DNA of 64,000 bases from Callorhinchus milii (taxonomy: Eukaryota). The stretch's first letter is position 1. The number at the start of each line of letters is the position of its first letter. Shown one piece after another: positions 24,620-37,689 of the stretch. The notes beneath the pieces were generated by a model. It did no database searches. It was not told the DNA's origin and saw nothing but the letters and a program-made list of their open reading frames with translations. The stretch covers positions 8,060,001 through 8,124,000 of the forward strand of contig NW_024704757.1 in assembly GCF_018977255.1 (NCBI RefSeq), in the 5' to 3' direction. The position numbers and the translations under genes are program-made.

Positions 24620-25020
24620 AAGTTTGGATGAAGAAGGCTCTTTAGCCCAAATGACCTCTTCCATCAGTGTGGAGTTGGTGTTGTTTAAATAAGTACAGTG
24701 TCCTGGGTTCAACTACCTTTCTTGAGAGCCTGTTTCAATTGTTAATTCCTTTATGCAAATACTTGTGCCTTCTTGTATTGTATGTGAAAATTGCTTTTAC
24801 TTTCTCAATCCTATTTTGCATCTTATATTCCCCTATAAATTCCCACTGAGATACTTTAAGGCTGATGAGCCTTATCTTATCAACTCATTTCATCGTCACT
24901 GTCTCTCTGACACGAGATCTTATCCTGTTCTCCTCTGCACTGACTCTAGGGCCTGAGTGGCCCCTTTACATTGTGGACAGCAGTGCTTTAGGTGTGGTCT
25001 GACCAGAATGGGTTTTCAAA
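24620..25020 (-). mobile_element. Old CR1 fragment
   Basis: Degenerate reverse complement of the CR1 3' region (ttcaactacc, ttctcctctgcac, aggtgtggtctgaccag). Confidence 0.55.
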
Positions 25021-25709
25021 GCCTGTAGATTGCAGGAGGTGGGAAGACTGAGAGATGAGGAACCCTTTGGCATTGTGTTGGAGAATGAGTAAGCGAATAG
25101 GTGGGTGAAATGAGTTTTGACTTCAACACTGAGTGAGGGTATATGGAGGAAGAACATGTAGGACTGTGCGTGTTTGGAGTTGTGAAGAACGTTGATTAAT
25201 GTCAGATTGTTGACTTGCCTGAGTGTGGTGCACAGAGAGGCAGACACTGGAATGAACATTGCTGTCTCACGTCAAATGCAAACTGCCTACAACTGGCTTC
25301 CCCATCCCCGATTTTGTGAGTCTGAATTACGAGATTACTGGATCTCCATCCTCAGTTTGGTCTGAACAGGGGGAGGAGAGTTGGACAAACTGTTCTTTTG
25401 CAAATCTTGCAATTTGGACTCAATATCGGTAGGGTGGGGTGTACATGTTTGGAGGTTATCTGTTTCCATTTGACATCAGACAGCAATGCTCATTGTGGTA
25501 GAAAACAGTGGATGTGTCTCTCCTCAGGTTTTTAAAATCCCAGTTAATCGTGCTACCAGGGCACAATGGTACAGCTTGTTCTTCATTGACTAGCCAATAG
25601 GTGCCTGCGGTTGACTGAAGTTGTCTGTCTCCTGTTGAACAGAGTTTATCCCTCAATCCTGTGCAGATCAAACAGGCCAACTGATTGAGAAAGACATTGA
25701 AACACCGAA

Positions 25710-26197
25710 CAGTTGTCTATGACCCTATCACCCCCATCCTTGCCCGACTCCACTGGCTTCCCATCACACAGAGGCTACAGTTCAAGATTCTGGTCCTCAC
25801 CTCCAAAACCCTTCATGGTTTTACTCCCGCCTACCTCTGCAACCTCCTAACCCCCCTTATCATCCTGCTCGCTCCCTCTACTCAGCGGCCTGTGGCCTGC
25901 TTCATGTCCACCGCCTCGCTCGCCCCACTATTGGCGGGCGGGCCTTCCGCCACTCCACCCCTATCCTCTGGAACACCATCCCACAGTCCCTCCGCCTCTC
26001 CCCCTCCCTTGCCACTTTCAAGACCCATCTGAAGACCCTCCTCTTTGACCGTGCTTTCAATCTCCCTGCTTCCCCCTCCCTGTCCTCCACCCTCCCCGAC
26101 CCCTGACCCCCCACCTCGGGTCTGAAACTCTGTCTATCCAACTCCTTCGGACGTCCTTCCGATGTGACAGGTGCTATACAAATGTAACTTTGTTGTT
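25710..26197 (+). mobile_element. L2 LINE 3' end
   Basis: PITPILARLHWLPITQRLQFKILVLTSKTLHGFTPAYL is an L2 ORF2 C-terminal motif; tail acaaatgtaactttgttgttg. Confidence 0.93.
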
Positions 26198-26394
26198 GCA
26201 TGAAATAAACAAAAAGGAACAAGCTTTTGATATCATAGAATCATAGAGTTATACGGAACAGAAGGAGGCCACGCAGCCTAGCGTGTCCGTGAAAGAGCTA
26301 TTCAAATTAGTCCGACTCCCCCAAGATATGATTTTGATAGATTAGGATGTAGTAACTGGAGGGGAGGACAAGAAGGCCGTGGGTGGGGGGGGAT

Positions 26395-26970
26395 AGAACA
26401 TAGGAATTAGGAGCAAGAGTAGGCCATTCGGCCCCTCGAACCTCCCCGCCATTCAATAAGGTCATGGCTGATCTTCTAACCAAACTCCATCTGCCCACCT
26501 TATCCCCATATCCCTTAATCCCTCTATCATTTAGAAATCTATCAATCTCAGACTTGAATATGTTCAAGCACTGAGCATCTACAGCCTTCTGGGGTAGAGA
26601 ATTCCATAAATAAATTCACTACCCTCTGAGTGAAGAAGTGTTTCCTCAACTCTGTCGAAAGGGCTGTTCCTTAATCTTAAGACTGTGACCCTTAGTTCTA
26701 GATTCTCCTACCAGGGGAAACAGTCTCAAACTGACAAGCCCCATGAGAATCTTATATGTTTCTATAATATCACCCCTAATTCTTCTATATTCTAGAGAAT
26801 ATAGGCCTAGTTTACTCATAGGTCATAGGTCAACCCCCTCATCCCAGGAACTAACCGAGTGAATCTACACTGCACTCTCTCTAAGGCGAGTATGTCCTTT
26901 CTTAAATAAGGAGATCAAAACTGCACACAAGAGGTGCGGTCTCACCAAGGCCCTTTACAGTTGCAGCAAG
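26395..26970 (-). mobile_element. CR1 LINE 3' end
   Basis: Minus-strand translation IFKSEIDRFLNDRGIKGYG; 3' UTR begins agaacataggaattaggagcaagagtaggccattcggccc on the + strand. Confidence 0.92.
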
Positions 26971-29877
26971 AAAAGAGACAACTGGGATTAAAGTTGGGAA
27001 TAGATTTTTGCACAGATTGAAAATGATCTGGTGGGGCGGGGGGGAGGGAGGGAAATGTGACATTTCATAACTGATTCCGTATCCCATCAAATCGATAATG
27101 AAACCTCAGCTTTCACCCCATTGTGAGACCAGCTGGCAGAATGAATGCTCATGACTTGCTCACACCCTGGTGTGCTGGCTGGTGGGTCAAACTCGATCTG
27201 AATTTTTAATTGCTGCAAATAATTAATTGCCGGTCTCTGTGTAAAAGGAATGATTATCCATGCTCGTTGAGCTGGAATTGTAGCCAAAACGCGCTGAGTA
27301 AAAGTAGGACAAAGAAGAGGTATGTTGCCTATAATTTTACCAGTGTATTTTTTTTTACAATTCACTTGAGCTTGTAGTAAAGGTCTGTCCAGACTTCAAG
27401 AACCTTGTACTCGCTTTCAAATCTCTCCACTCCCTTGCCCCCACTCCTGCCCTCTGCCCCAATGATCTCCAGTCTCTCACCTGCTGACTCTGTCCACTCT
27501 GCAAACTTGGGGCTGTTGCATGTTCCCCATCCTGCCAGCAGTGTCCAAATTTTTAGTCACTTTAACCCCTGCTCTCTGAAACTCCCTGCCAAAATCCCTC
27601 CACTTTGCACTTTCTTTCTTCTCCTGTCCTCCAACTTCTCAAAAAAAAAAACCTTCTAAAAATCGACCTCCTCAGTTGTGCCTCTGGTCACCTTCCTCCT
27701 ATTTCCCCGGCACCATTTGCCTCTTGCGTTCAGGTTTCTGCTCTCTGAAGTCCTTGAGATGTTGCCCTATGTTAAAGGCTGTATAAAAGTGCAAGTTGTT
27801 TTCCCACTTGTGTTTAACATGGTAACAAATAGCTGAGTGACTCAGATGTGCGACTCCAGGAGAAGGGTAACTCATATTCACTTTGTATTCAAGAGAATTC
27901 TTTGTTTAATGTTAATAGCTACATTCTACATTATTCACTGAATATTTCTGGTAAGTGAGAAAAGTAAACTATCAGTGTTAGCTTATTGAAAATGACCCCT
28001 TAGTTTTAGAAGTCCTTCTAACGAGGCAGAAACTCATCCAGATCAGCCTTGTGATAACATGACTATAAAGATGTTGAGTGATCAGATTTAGGTTGTAGAG
28101 TCAATGAACTAAACTACACAAAGCTGTCACAGATCAGTAACAGAGACTGGAAGACCAAATGGTTCACCATTGTCTATGAATGAAAAGAATCTCGCTCTTT
28201 CCGGGGTACTGTTGACATACCTGAACAGAACTCTGGGTACTGGCTGAGTGAAGATCAAACAGTCACTTATAAGATTAGCAACCAGCTCTAAAACTAAAGG
28301 TACTTCAAATCTCTCCCCACTGCATAATCGGACTTTCCGTGTATGCAATGACTGTGTTGATCGACTCAACATCACGTCTGGGGCTATTGCGAGGCCTTAT
28401 GTGAAGGTTGCTTTATGTGAAGTGCAGACAAGTGCGAGGTTGCTTTATGTGAAGTGCAGACAAGAAAAAGGAAACCCGGCTTCAGTCCTGAGCACCGTTC
28501 CCTGTTTATTTTCCTTGTTCCACATCCTTTCTTTGTATTCCTCTCCCATCAAGGCTGCTGGTACCAGGTACCTTCCCTCACTCGGGAAATTGGGCCAGTG
28601 GGTCACAGACTCTCTGGCTGTTAATGCCAATGTCACTTCACGGTCATTGTTGGCTTAAACTGTATTAGGTGGTACGACCTTATTATTATGAATCCACATT
28701 AAAGGTGATGAGTTGGGCCACTTTCCCATCTACTCTGCATATCCAACAAGTCTTGTATCTGGGATTTGCCATTGAGAGGCATGAATTAATTCAGGGGTTT
28801 ATAATAACCAAATCTCCCAGAAGTTACTGGAAAGTGGTGTTAAAATTCCTCTGGATAGATGTGGATCATACAATAATCCTCATACTTGATATACTTATAA
28901 GTACTTTAGGATGTTCAAGGAAGTTTGTAAGTATAAATTGTTAGCTTACGCCTCAAAGCTCACAGAATCGCTGTCAAGTGTTGTGACTGCGTATCTGTAG
29001 GTAAAGGCAGCAGCCATTTTTGTGTTAACTGTTTACCGAATGTTCCACAAAGAGAATCACTAACTATTAATTGGAGGATTGTTGGCCAGGATGTGAGGAG
29101 AGGGAGGAGGTCCCCAGGATCTCATTTTAAACTGCAACATAGGATCTTTTTGGTTATTCAATTGACTTTATTTATCGTGCATGTGGGAGACAGGTTAGTG
29201 AGTTGGTATGAAACAGGAATTTAAACTTGCAACAATAGAGACAGGAGACAAATAGCTGTGCACTTTCACGACTGGGTCAGTAGGGTTTGGTGGATAAGCT
29301 GGTTGCTTCCAGGATTGAAAGAGCAAACACAAGGGTGGTTTATTTTACCCGGAGAACAATGGATCATGTTTTAGTCTGTGTGCAGTCGCGCAATTGGAGT
29401 TGGTGCAAAGTTCATTTTGATCAGAGTTGAGATACAAGTGGCAAAAGCCTTTGAAAAGGTGTGATTCAAAATTGCTGTTTCAGCAGCGGGAGGCTGGGAC
29501 TTGAACATGATGTTTTCAAAAGGGAATTACTCGAATGGGGGGGTGGGGGGGGGGAAGCAAAGGAGGAAAGAAGAGAAGAGATTTGGACTCCAAGCAATTA
29601 GTTTGTGAAATGTTTGCTTTGGTTGCATTTTTTGTAGCTATTGATCCTTGCTGCCTGGCATAGAGACAAACACAGCCTGAGCCACTTGTACATGTAATTG
29701 AGATGTGGATTTGGCTTTGCTCTGTGCTGTGCCCGCTCTAGGATTAACACAGCTTGCTTTTTATCCTGCTAGCTGTGCCTTCCCAACTGCATTTGAATCT
29801 GTTTGTGCGAAACCTGACTTTTCAGTTGTTTGTTATTGTCTTTAAAGGGGACACTCCTGCCAGTCAGCTTTAATTTT

Positions 29878-30170
29878 GGAGTCCCGTAGTGTAGTGGTTA
29901 GCTTGCTCGCCTCTGAAGTGAGAGGATTCTGGTTTGATTCCCGAGAGTGGTGAAGCCTTCGTCAAGCTTCCTTACTCCACATGCCTCTGTTTATCTAACA
30001 GTAAAGTAGGAACCCAGTTGTTAGTCGATTGGCGAATGGCTTTCCGGGTTAATAATCCCTTTTTAAAACAATTATTTTAAAAAATTATTACTCAATCCAT
30101 GACTGTTTGTGGGACACTGCTGTGTGCAATTGGCTGCTGAGTTTCACCCACAAAATACACAGTCAATCCA
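29878..30170 (+). mobile_element. SINE, long subfamily
   Basis: tRNA-like head ggagtcccgtagtgtagtggtta, CORE-like block and Deu block. Confidence 0.88.
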
Positions 30171-30629
30171 GCTATCGGGGAGCAGATTTGATTGCGCTCC
30201 TGTTTGTTCACTGAATTGTAACCCTCCAAAATTATGAATGGAGTGCTGACCTATTCATGGTTGTTTCCCAAGGAGATGAGGGTTTGATAAAAGATTTGTG
30301 TATTGTTACGCAAAAGAAGTCGAGGCAGGCCAGGAGAGAAAGGAACAATTTTTTAAAAAAAATCTGTAGGGAACCTGTGAGATATCTAAGGGAGCCTTTC
30401 TGAGCAGAACCAAGGAAACGGAGAAATGCAGGTGTGATGATCATTAACTAAAAGAAGGGAGCAGCTTAACTTGAGTGAAGATTTTCACACTCCATTCAGT
30501 TTATGGCTGGGATGTATTATAGGCTTGGTAACATAATCAAACTCGATGCGGTCCTCATATTGCAGAAGTGGAATGATGTGGATTTGAAGATAAAGATGAT
30601 CAAACTGATTTGTGAAGGTGGGCCCTGGT

Positions 30630-30905
30630 CAGCTCCATGTACCCTGCCTTTTCCACTCCATCATTGGCGATCGTGCTTTCTGCCCCAACCTCCAGTACTC
30701 CATCCCAGAGCCCCCACTACCTCCTTGCCTCCTTCAAAACCTGTCTCAAGACCTTCCACTTAAACCATGTCTTCGGTCTTCCTCCCACCTGCACCCCTTT
30801 GTCCCCCACCACTCTTGATTCCAACCCCCCAGCTTGGATGCAAACCGTTAACTGTCCATCACCTTGGGCCGTCCTCCTGATGTGAAAGGCGCCGCAATTT
30901 GTTGT
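30630..30905 (+). mobile_element. L2 3' end (degenerate)
   Basis: Homologous to 25900-26197; ends gatgtgaaaggcgccgcaatttgttgtt. Confidence 0.75.
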
Positions 30906-31664
30906 TATCGGAGAAAGGGGCTGAAACGTGCCATGTTTCACAATCAACAAGTCGGTTATGAAATGTTGCGTTTTCCACCTCGAGTTTCAAAGAGAAGCCC
31001 AGCAACAAATACTCAGTTATGAGCTTTCTTGATGTGGTCCACAGAATAACACAAAGGTTACACATTAAAAAGGACATTGCAGCCTGTGACGTTGGTGCTG
31101 ACCTGGGAGCAGCAGTGAGCAGAGCCCTCACAAAAGCAAGCCTGTGCAGCCGAACAAATGCCAGCCACTTATTCATTAAAACCCAATCTGCTGAATTCTG
31201 GAAGTCTTGCCCTTATGAATATCGATAATCCAGCAAGCTCACCTGTCAACGCACTTAATAACAGGCCCCCAAATCTGCTGGTTCATTTATCATCCCGAAA
31301 CAAGCATTTCATTATGAGAAGCGAAACAAACATAGCATTCCGAAACACATGCCAGAGACAGTCCCTGGAATGGTATTAAATTACTTCTCATTACACTAAT
31401 GCCAACGCCAGTTCACAGGAGGAGCACATTCCAGGCCAAACCATAATTGATCTCTATTCCTGTGCCAGGAAAATTCGCAGATGACTCTTCTTTCTCTCAT
31501 CTGCTTTTCAACAATATTTTCTGTGTGCTATTTGCTGACGTAACGTAAGAGTTGCGTGTTCACTTATCAAGATTAAAAGCTTGTTGCACAAAGCAGCCCA
31601 ATGTATGGACCAGCCAATCCGCGTATAATTTAGACAATCTTTGGACAATGGTTGGAGGACGGAG

Positions 31665-32258
31665 CAGGGGGGGGGGTTGCGGGGGTGCTGTGGGGGTTGT
31701 GTGTGTGTGTAGGGGTGAGTGGCGGTTGTGTGGTGTATGGGTGTGGGGAATGTGGGTGTGTGTCATGTGTGGGGGGTGTGTGTTGGGTGAGGGTGTGTGG
31801 GTGGGCGGTGTGGGTGTGTTTCGGTGAGTGTGTGGCGGGGCAGGGTGTGTGTTTGTGGAGGGGTGTGTGTGGGGTTGTGTGTGTAGAGGTGAGGTGTGTG
31901 GCGTGTGGGGTATGTGGGTTTGGGTCATGTGTGTGTGGTGTGTGTGTGTTGGGTGAGGGTGTGTGGGTGGGGGATTTGGGTGTGTTTTGGTGTGTGTGGG
32001 GGGGGGGCTGTGTGCGGAAGTGGGGTTGTGTGTAGGAGTGTGTGCGTGGAGGGTATGTGTGTGGGGGGGGATTTGTGTGTGTGTGAGGGATGTGTGTGGG
32101 TGTGTGTAAGGGTGTGTGGGTTGGTGGTGTGTGTGGGGGTGTGTGTCACTCAACTCACCTCTCTTACACCTTAATGCTATGTGGGGAGTGTGGGTGTGGG
32201 GAGTGTGGGTGTGGGGGTGTTGTGCATGTGGGGTGGGGGGGTATGGGTGTGGGTGGAG
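31665..32258. repeat. Long compound (GT/GGT)n low-complexity tract
   Basis: About 600 bp of G/T-rich sequence; it produces the spurious His/Thr/Pro ORFs. Confidence 0.95.
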
Positions 32259-32939
32259 GATAAAAAAAATGTATCCATCACCACTTATAGCATTAGGGTG
32301 TAAGAGAGGTGAGTTGAGTGACATGGTAAAGGGAAAAGCTAGCCTTGTTTTTCTTGAGGGCAAAAGTAGAAATTCCTTTAAGACTGGTTCATTAGCCCTT
32401 AGTCCACATCTTAACAAAGATTTCATTACATTCCAGTTGCACAAAACGTTCCAATGATAAAGCTCTGTGGGGGAAGTCATTTCAAGGTTAGGAATTTCAA
32501 GCTCTTGCTGCACAATGCTGTTGTCTTGACGGCGCATTACTGAAGGCAGTTTGTGGAAATCAAACTGCAAGAAAAAAATAAGACTACACGGAACCAAACT
32601 GTCAGCCCCAGTGACCAGCCAACCAGGCTGACATGACTGTAAATATTGCTCCCTTTGTTACCTGTGTAAATTGAAACCGTGGGTGAGAGACGATTGGGCT
32701 TGTGGGCGGTCACGAATGCCTGCATTGACTTTCCCCTCAAACCCTTCTGTGGCTTTCTCTGGTGGGAGAGGCTCTGTAAATGCTGTCTGACTTCAGTCGT
32801 GTTAAACTGTTAAATTATTACGAGTGACATTGGTGCATTTTCTAAGTCGAGCGTTCTAATTACTGAGGCCGAAATTTGCCGTTCAAATCATATTCAGAAG
32901 CCAACTCTTTCTGCCCTCCTCCCCCATATATAAAAAAAC

Positions 32940-33118
32940 AATAATAATGTGGTCACTCAATCCGCAACTGTTTGTGGGACACTGCTGTACGCAGTCGGCT
33001 GCTGCGTTTCGACCACAAAATATATAGTCAATTCACTTTACAGTATATTCTGTGAAGCGCTTTGAGATGTCTAAAAGATGTGAAAAGCGCTATATCAAAT
33101 GCAACGATTATCATTATT
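32940..33118 (+). mobile_element. 5'-truncated SINE
   Basis: Deu block and tail. Confidence 0.88.
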
Positions 33119-35674
33119 GTTTATTCCATTATGCTCTTTAGATTGAAACCTCTCTGCCCTTGAGATTGAAATTGCTCCTTAGATCATGACTTCTCCCTGT
33201 GGTATTGTGCATAATGAATGTTTTTGGCCATTGAAACCCTCTTGCAGAAGGACAAAGAGCTTTGTATTGGGCCTTAAGTTGTTGCACATCTTGATCCCAA
33301 TTTGTAGGCGCTGAGTAGGTCAGCAAGGCTGAGGTGGTAGGATCAGATGTATTCTGTGCAGTTAGTTCATTGCTTTCAATGGGTTTTGTTGCACTGAGAT
33401 TAATTCCTTTCATTTTGGTCATTTGCTTCATGGCTTTTTGTGGGACGTTGCTGTACAGTCATGACATTTTACAGTGAAATCATGCAAAACTGTTTCAGAT
33501 GCCCCGACATGATAAAACCCTATATCAAATGCGAGGATCTTTATAATAAAATCCAAGTTATTTTAGAAGCTGAATTTGTTTATTTTTCAAGATCATATGA
33601 TTTTTGTCGACTGAATTGTTCGATACTGGCAATAAGCACCAAGTTTCACGATCTTAGCACTTGCAAATTGACAAACTGAACAGTCTTTGTACCACCTACA
33701 TGTGGAATTTGACTTCTATTCCTTGTGTAATATGAAATCCAAACATGCACCCATCTGACGCTAGTGTTGTATGAGGCACGTTTTATACCTGAGCTGATTA
33801 AACAATACATACTATTTACATTGTGTTCACATGAATACTGATGCTTCGATAAATAGTAGCAGCAAGTGGGTATTGGATTGCATTGGACCTGAATGTGTGT
33901 TTGATCCCAGTGTGTGAAAGTGTTGTCATTGCTTAAAGTGTAAGTTGATCTTCCCTTTGCGATGTGTGTGTTCCTCTGGCTACAACACAACTCCCAAGTC
34001 TGTTTGATGTCTGAGGTTCTTTCCTTTGGAAAATCTGCTGCTAAATCTCCAGACACCTCTTCTGAAATTCTAAATTGTCAACACCCCCCACCCGTCTCTC
34101 TCTTCCTCCTCCCCTGAGCAAGTTTAGCTATTAAAGACAATACCTTGGTTCTCAAATCAATATGCACCCAACTGTTTAGTGCAAAATGTCTTCATCAGGA
34201 GGCCTGTTGTAACAGTCCTGTGGTTGTCCAATTTTCTGTCTACTTTACCGTGGAAATTATTTCAGCCGAAGCCAAAGGAATGTATAGAGTTAATACAGAA
34301 AATCCAGTTATTTCTTTTGGATGCTCTACCATTTTAATGGTTGTGTTCTTTAGATCAGGATACGCACGGTGTTTTTTTCCACAATAAAGTGCTACTTAAT
34401 GCCATTTCTTTGCTTTTGGACTCAAAGGTTGTGTGAGTTTAAGCTTGTTGTGGGTGAATTGTACTCTTACAATTAGTGGCATCCGAGGGAATTGTGTATG
34501 TTTGGAAAGATGCAGTGTCCCATCAATATTCATTCGCTAGGTTAAACAGTTGTTCAACTCACAAGTTGTTGTGTTAAATTTTTATGCTAATATACCTTTG
34601 TACAAGTATTAACAAAATAATCCGATAATAATAATCGTAGCGCACGTCAGTAGGATGTGTCAAGGTATTTCACAGGATCTACTGTGAAGTGTAGCTGTGT
34701 TATATTTGAAGGGAGATGTGGCAGCAATATTCCCCAACTAGCCATGCAGTGAATAACTAGTTTTACCTGGAGGAATCTTAGCCTGGACACCAGGACTGTC
34801 CTTTGTTAAACTGAAGCTTAACCGAAGATGACAGGAGATGTACCCATTCTGCCAAGACTGCTTTGTTAGCAGTAGTCATTAATTCAGCAATTCTACTGTT
34901 AACACTAACTTTTCCTTTTGGAAACCCTTGCAAAATACATCCAGTTAAGAAAGCCAAAATGAAGAGAACAAGTGCCTGTCTCTGTGCCAGTTGCGCTTCC
35001 TCTAAGCTGAGCTGTGTGGGAGCCCGAGCTGCATGTGCAGCACCTCACTATCTCCACCTTTCACCGCGGCAAAGATGTGGGCCGACGGGTATCAAGTACA
35101 CATTTCATTGTCTTGCTTCTCACGCAGAGACTGCCCAACAATAGAGCTTTGTTGTACAATACCAAGGATACCTTGTTATTTAATTCTTACATGCACGTGT
35201 ATAGATAAGCAGTTTGCTGTGAGCCCTGATCAGTTAATGGGGGGAATATTAGCAGCTGTTCTGCTAAAAATAGGTTGCTGAACTTTACTGATTGACTTTG
35301 TGAGCAAAGGCAGGACCTAGTGTGGCATTCCACATTCAACCCAAGATAAGGACTTGTTATTACACCATTCTATTAATTTGAGAGCTGAATTAATATCAGT
35401 CCGTTGTAATGATAGACCGAGGTCCTGCTATGAATTAAATAAATCTATACAAGGCGAATCAGAAGTCCTTACTCAAGAGTTTTTAATTATTAATTGTGAT
35501 TTTTTTAAACAAGCAAGACTCTCAGAGAGTGCGCAGCTACGACAGGAAATGTCTTTCTTCACGTTTGTGAAAGTTTTTGTCACCGAGTTGATATGTGAAA
35601 ACGTCTACATGACATGCAATTTGAACATGTCATTTGAGTTGTATGAATAAGGCCTTTGATTCACCCTGCATATT

Positions 35675-35840
35675 TTGCTCAGCCAGGTGTCGGACACACC
35701 TGCAAACCCATCACCACGCTTAAGAGTATCCCAAAAACTAGTGATAGGTTCACATTTGCACGGAAACTTCCTTTTGTCCGCTACGGAGTGCATACTCTCG
35801 CCCAGAGGGACGCCCTCCACACCTAATCCCAGAGATATTC
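35675..35840 (+). repeat. Family X copy (5' part)
   Basis: ggtgtc...atcaccacgcttaagagtatcc...gcatactctcgcccagagggacgcc matches the copies at 9000 and 13700-13800. Confidence 0.7.
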
Positions 35841-36662
35841 CATGTGCTTCCAGATGCCTTTGAGCTTCTTGTGTCTGGATACAGAACTGAGCTCGGAACT
35901 GCCAAATCATAGGCTCATCAGCGATACTTAAAGCTAATGGTATTGATTTTTAAAAGGAACGGAATTGAATAGAGATCAGTATCTGGATTTAGATCTAACT
36001 TCAGCCTTAGTAAATCACTGGGCCGCTTTGTTCACTTTTGTTGCAAGTTGAAAGGAAAGGCTTATCAGTGACAGTGTAACAAATGGTAGATTGGGGTAGC
36101 CTTTGCTTAATTCAAATGACCCAGAAGAGTTTAGTTGCTTTTATTGCTATTCGATAGTGTGACTTAGAAACGCTTCAAAAACGTCCTTGCAATGCTGCCA
36201 TAACAATAGCGGATAAAAACAATAACTCCACCATTGTCCGGCATAAAATAAAACTTAAAGTAAAACATCTCAAAGCGCTTTGCATAATATGATTAGCAAT
36301 AAAGTGAATGTTGTAACGTCAAAGGGGGGCAGCTAATCTAATCCCCTAAATAGTGAACAGTTAATCAACTAGAATTTGGGAGTGAATTTGATTGTGGGGG
36401 AGGGGGGGGGGGGAGGCGGGAAGAAGAACCAAGTCACGATAACCAGGAGAAAGACGTCACTTCTGTTTTAAATTGCAACGACAAGCGCGGCCCATTCTGC
36501 CCATCTGAATTGCAAGGCAGATCGAACTTAAGTTAATAACTGGGTCAGAAGATTTTAGGACCTCTGAATCTGAAATTCCACGCCTTGTTCAGATCGCTCT
36601 GGTCCCGGTTTATCTTCCTGGTTGGAGCACTTGATAAATAAATAATCTTTGCACTTGATATC

Positions 36663-36988
36663 GTGGAGTCCTGTAGCTCAGTGGTTAGAGCACTTGCTTT
36701 GCAAGTGAGAGACCTGAGTTCAATTCCAGGCAGAGGGCGAAACCTTGGGCAAGTTTCCTTACTCCACACAGAGCCTAATAATAATCCCTCTAAAAAACAA
36801 AAACAATAATTAAATTGTTCATTTTCAATCTACGACTGTTTGTGGGACATTGCTGTGCGCAATTGGCTGCCACGTTCGCCCACAAATATACAGTCAATTC
36901 ACTTTACAGTGTGTTCTGTGAAGCGCTTTGGGACGTCCTCCTGACGTGAAAAGCGCTATATCAAATGCAAGGATTATTATTATTATTA
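36663..36988 (+). mobile_element. Full-length young tRNA-derived SINE (Deu body, L2-like tail)
   Basis: A box tagctcagtggttagagc, B box gagttcaattcc, ccttgggcaagt, Deu block tgtgggacattgctgtgcgcaattggctgcc and (TTA)n tail. Almost identical to 60049-60373. Confidence 0.96.
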
Positions 36989-37689
36989 TATAGCGCCTTA
37001 TCGCTTCTTTGAGATGTCTCAAAGCGCTTCATAGAATACTCTTTACAGAGTACGCAAAATGCAAAGGGGAATTCTTTGAACATGGCCACTAGCTCAACTG
37101 AAGAAAGACAGACTGTTCAGATTTATTAACTAGAGTGGAGACACCCAGGGAGTTGTGGAGGCAGATTGCTTGAGTTTATTCGGTAACTATTCAACAAAGA
37201 AATCGATTTGAAAGGTATGTGAGAGAGGCTGAAAAATGTCGTCACATACAATGATTTTTCTACTTTTTTTAAAGCTTTGGGACAGCGAGAAGGACGGCAA
37301 TGACTTTTTTTTCCCCAGTCCTGCGCATTCCTGTGAAGACGGAATGATTCTTTTTTTAAGACTCTTTTGTGCTGTCTGCTTTTTTTGTGCTCCTCCCTCC
37401 CACTTGTCTGTCTGCGGTGTGAGGGCACAAGGCAGCCGTCCCAACGCAATCTCAAAATGCATGGTCTTTACTTTAAGTACAGGGTGTATGGGTTTCAGGT
37501 CCTTTGTAAAGTGCTGTGAAACCGCACAGTGTTTGTACACACTCGCTCATTGTAGATATATCAGGACTTTTCATGTTTGTCAGTATAGCACAGACATTCT
37601 CATCGTTTGGAGCTGCCAAGCTGCCGTCTGCCTATTCGAGTGGATGTCAATGAACCCACGACAATGGCACCCTTCCTTGTAATTAGATC

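Noticed and set aside
31560-32597. 345-aa His/Thr/Pro-rich ORF and the overlapping Gly/Val/Cys ORFs
   Set aside because: Translation of a GT/CA low-complexity tract that lacks stop codons; no domain content.
36663-36735. tRNA gene (TGC/GCA anticodon-like loop)
   Set aside because: It is the tRNA-derived head of a SINE: the acceptor stem does not pair, there is no T-run terminator, and it continues into the SINE body.
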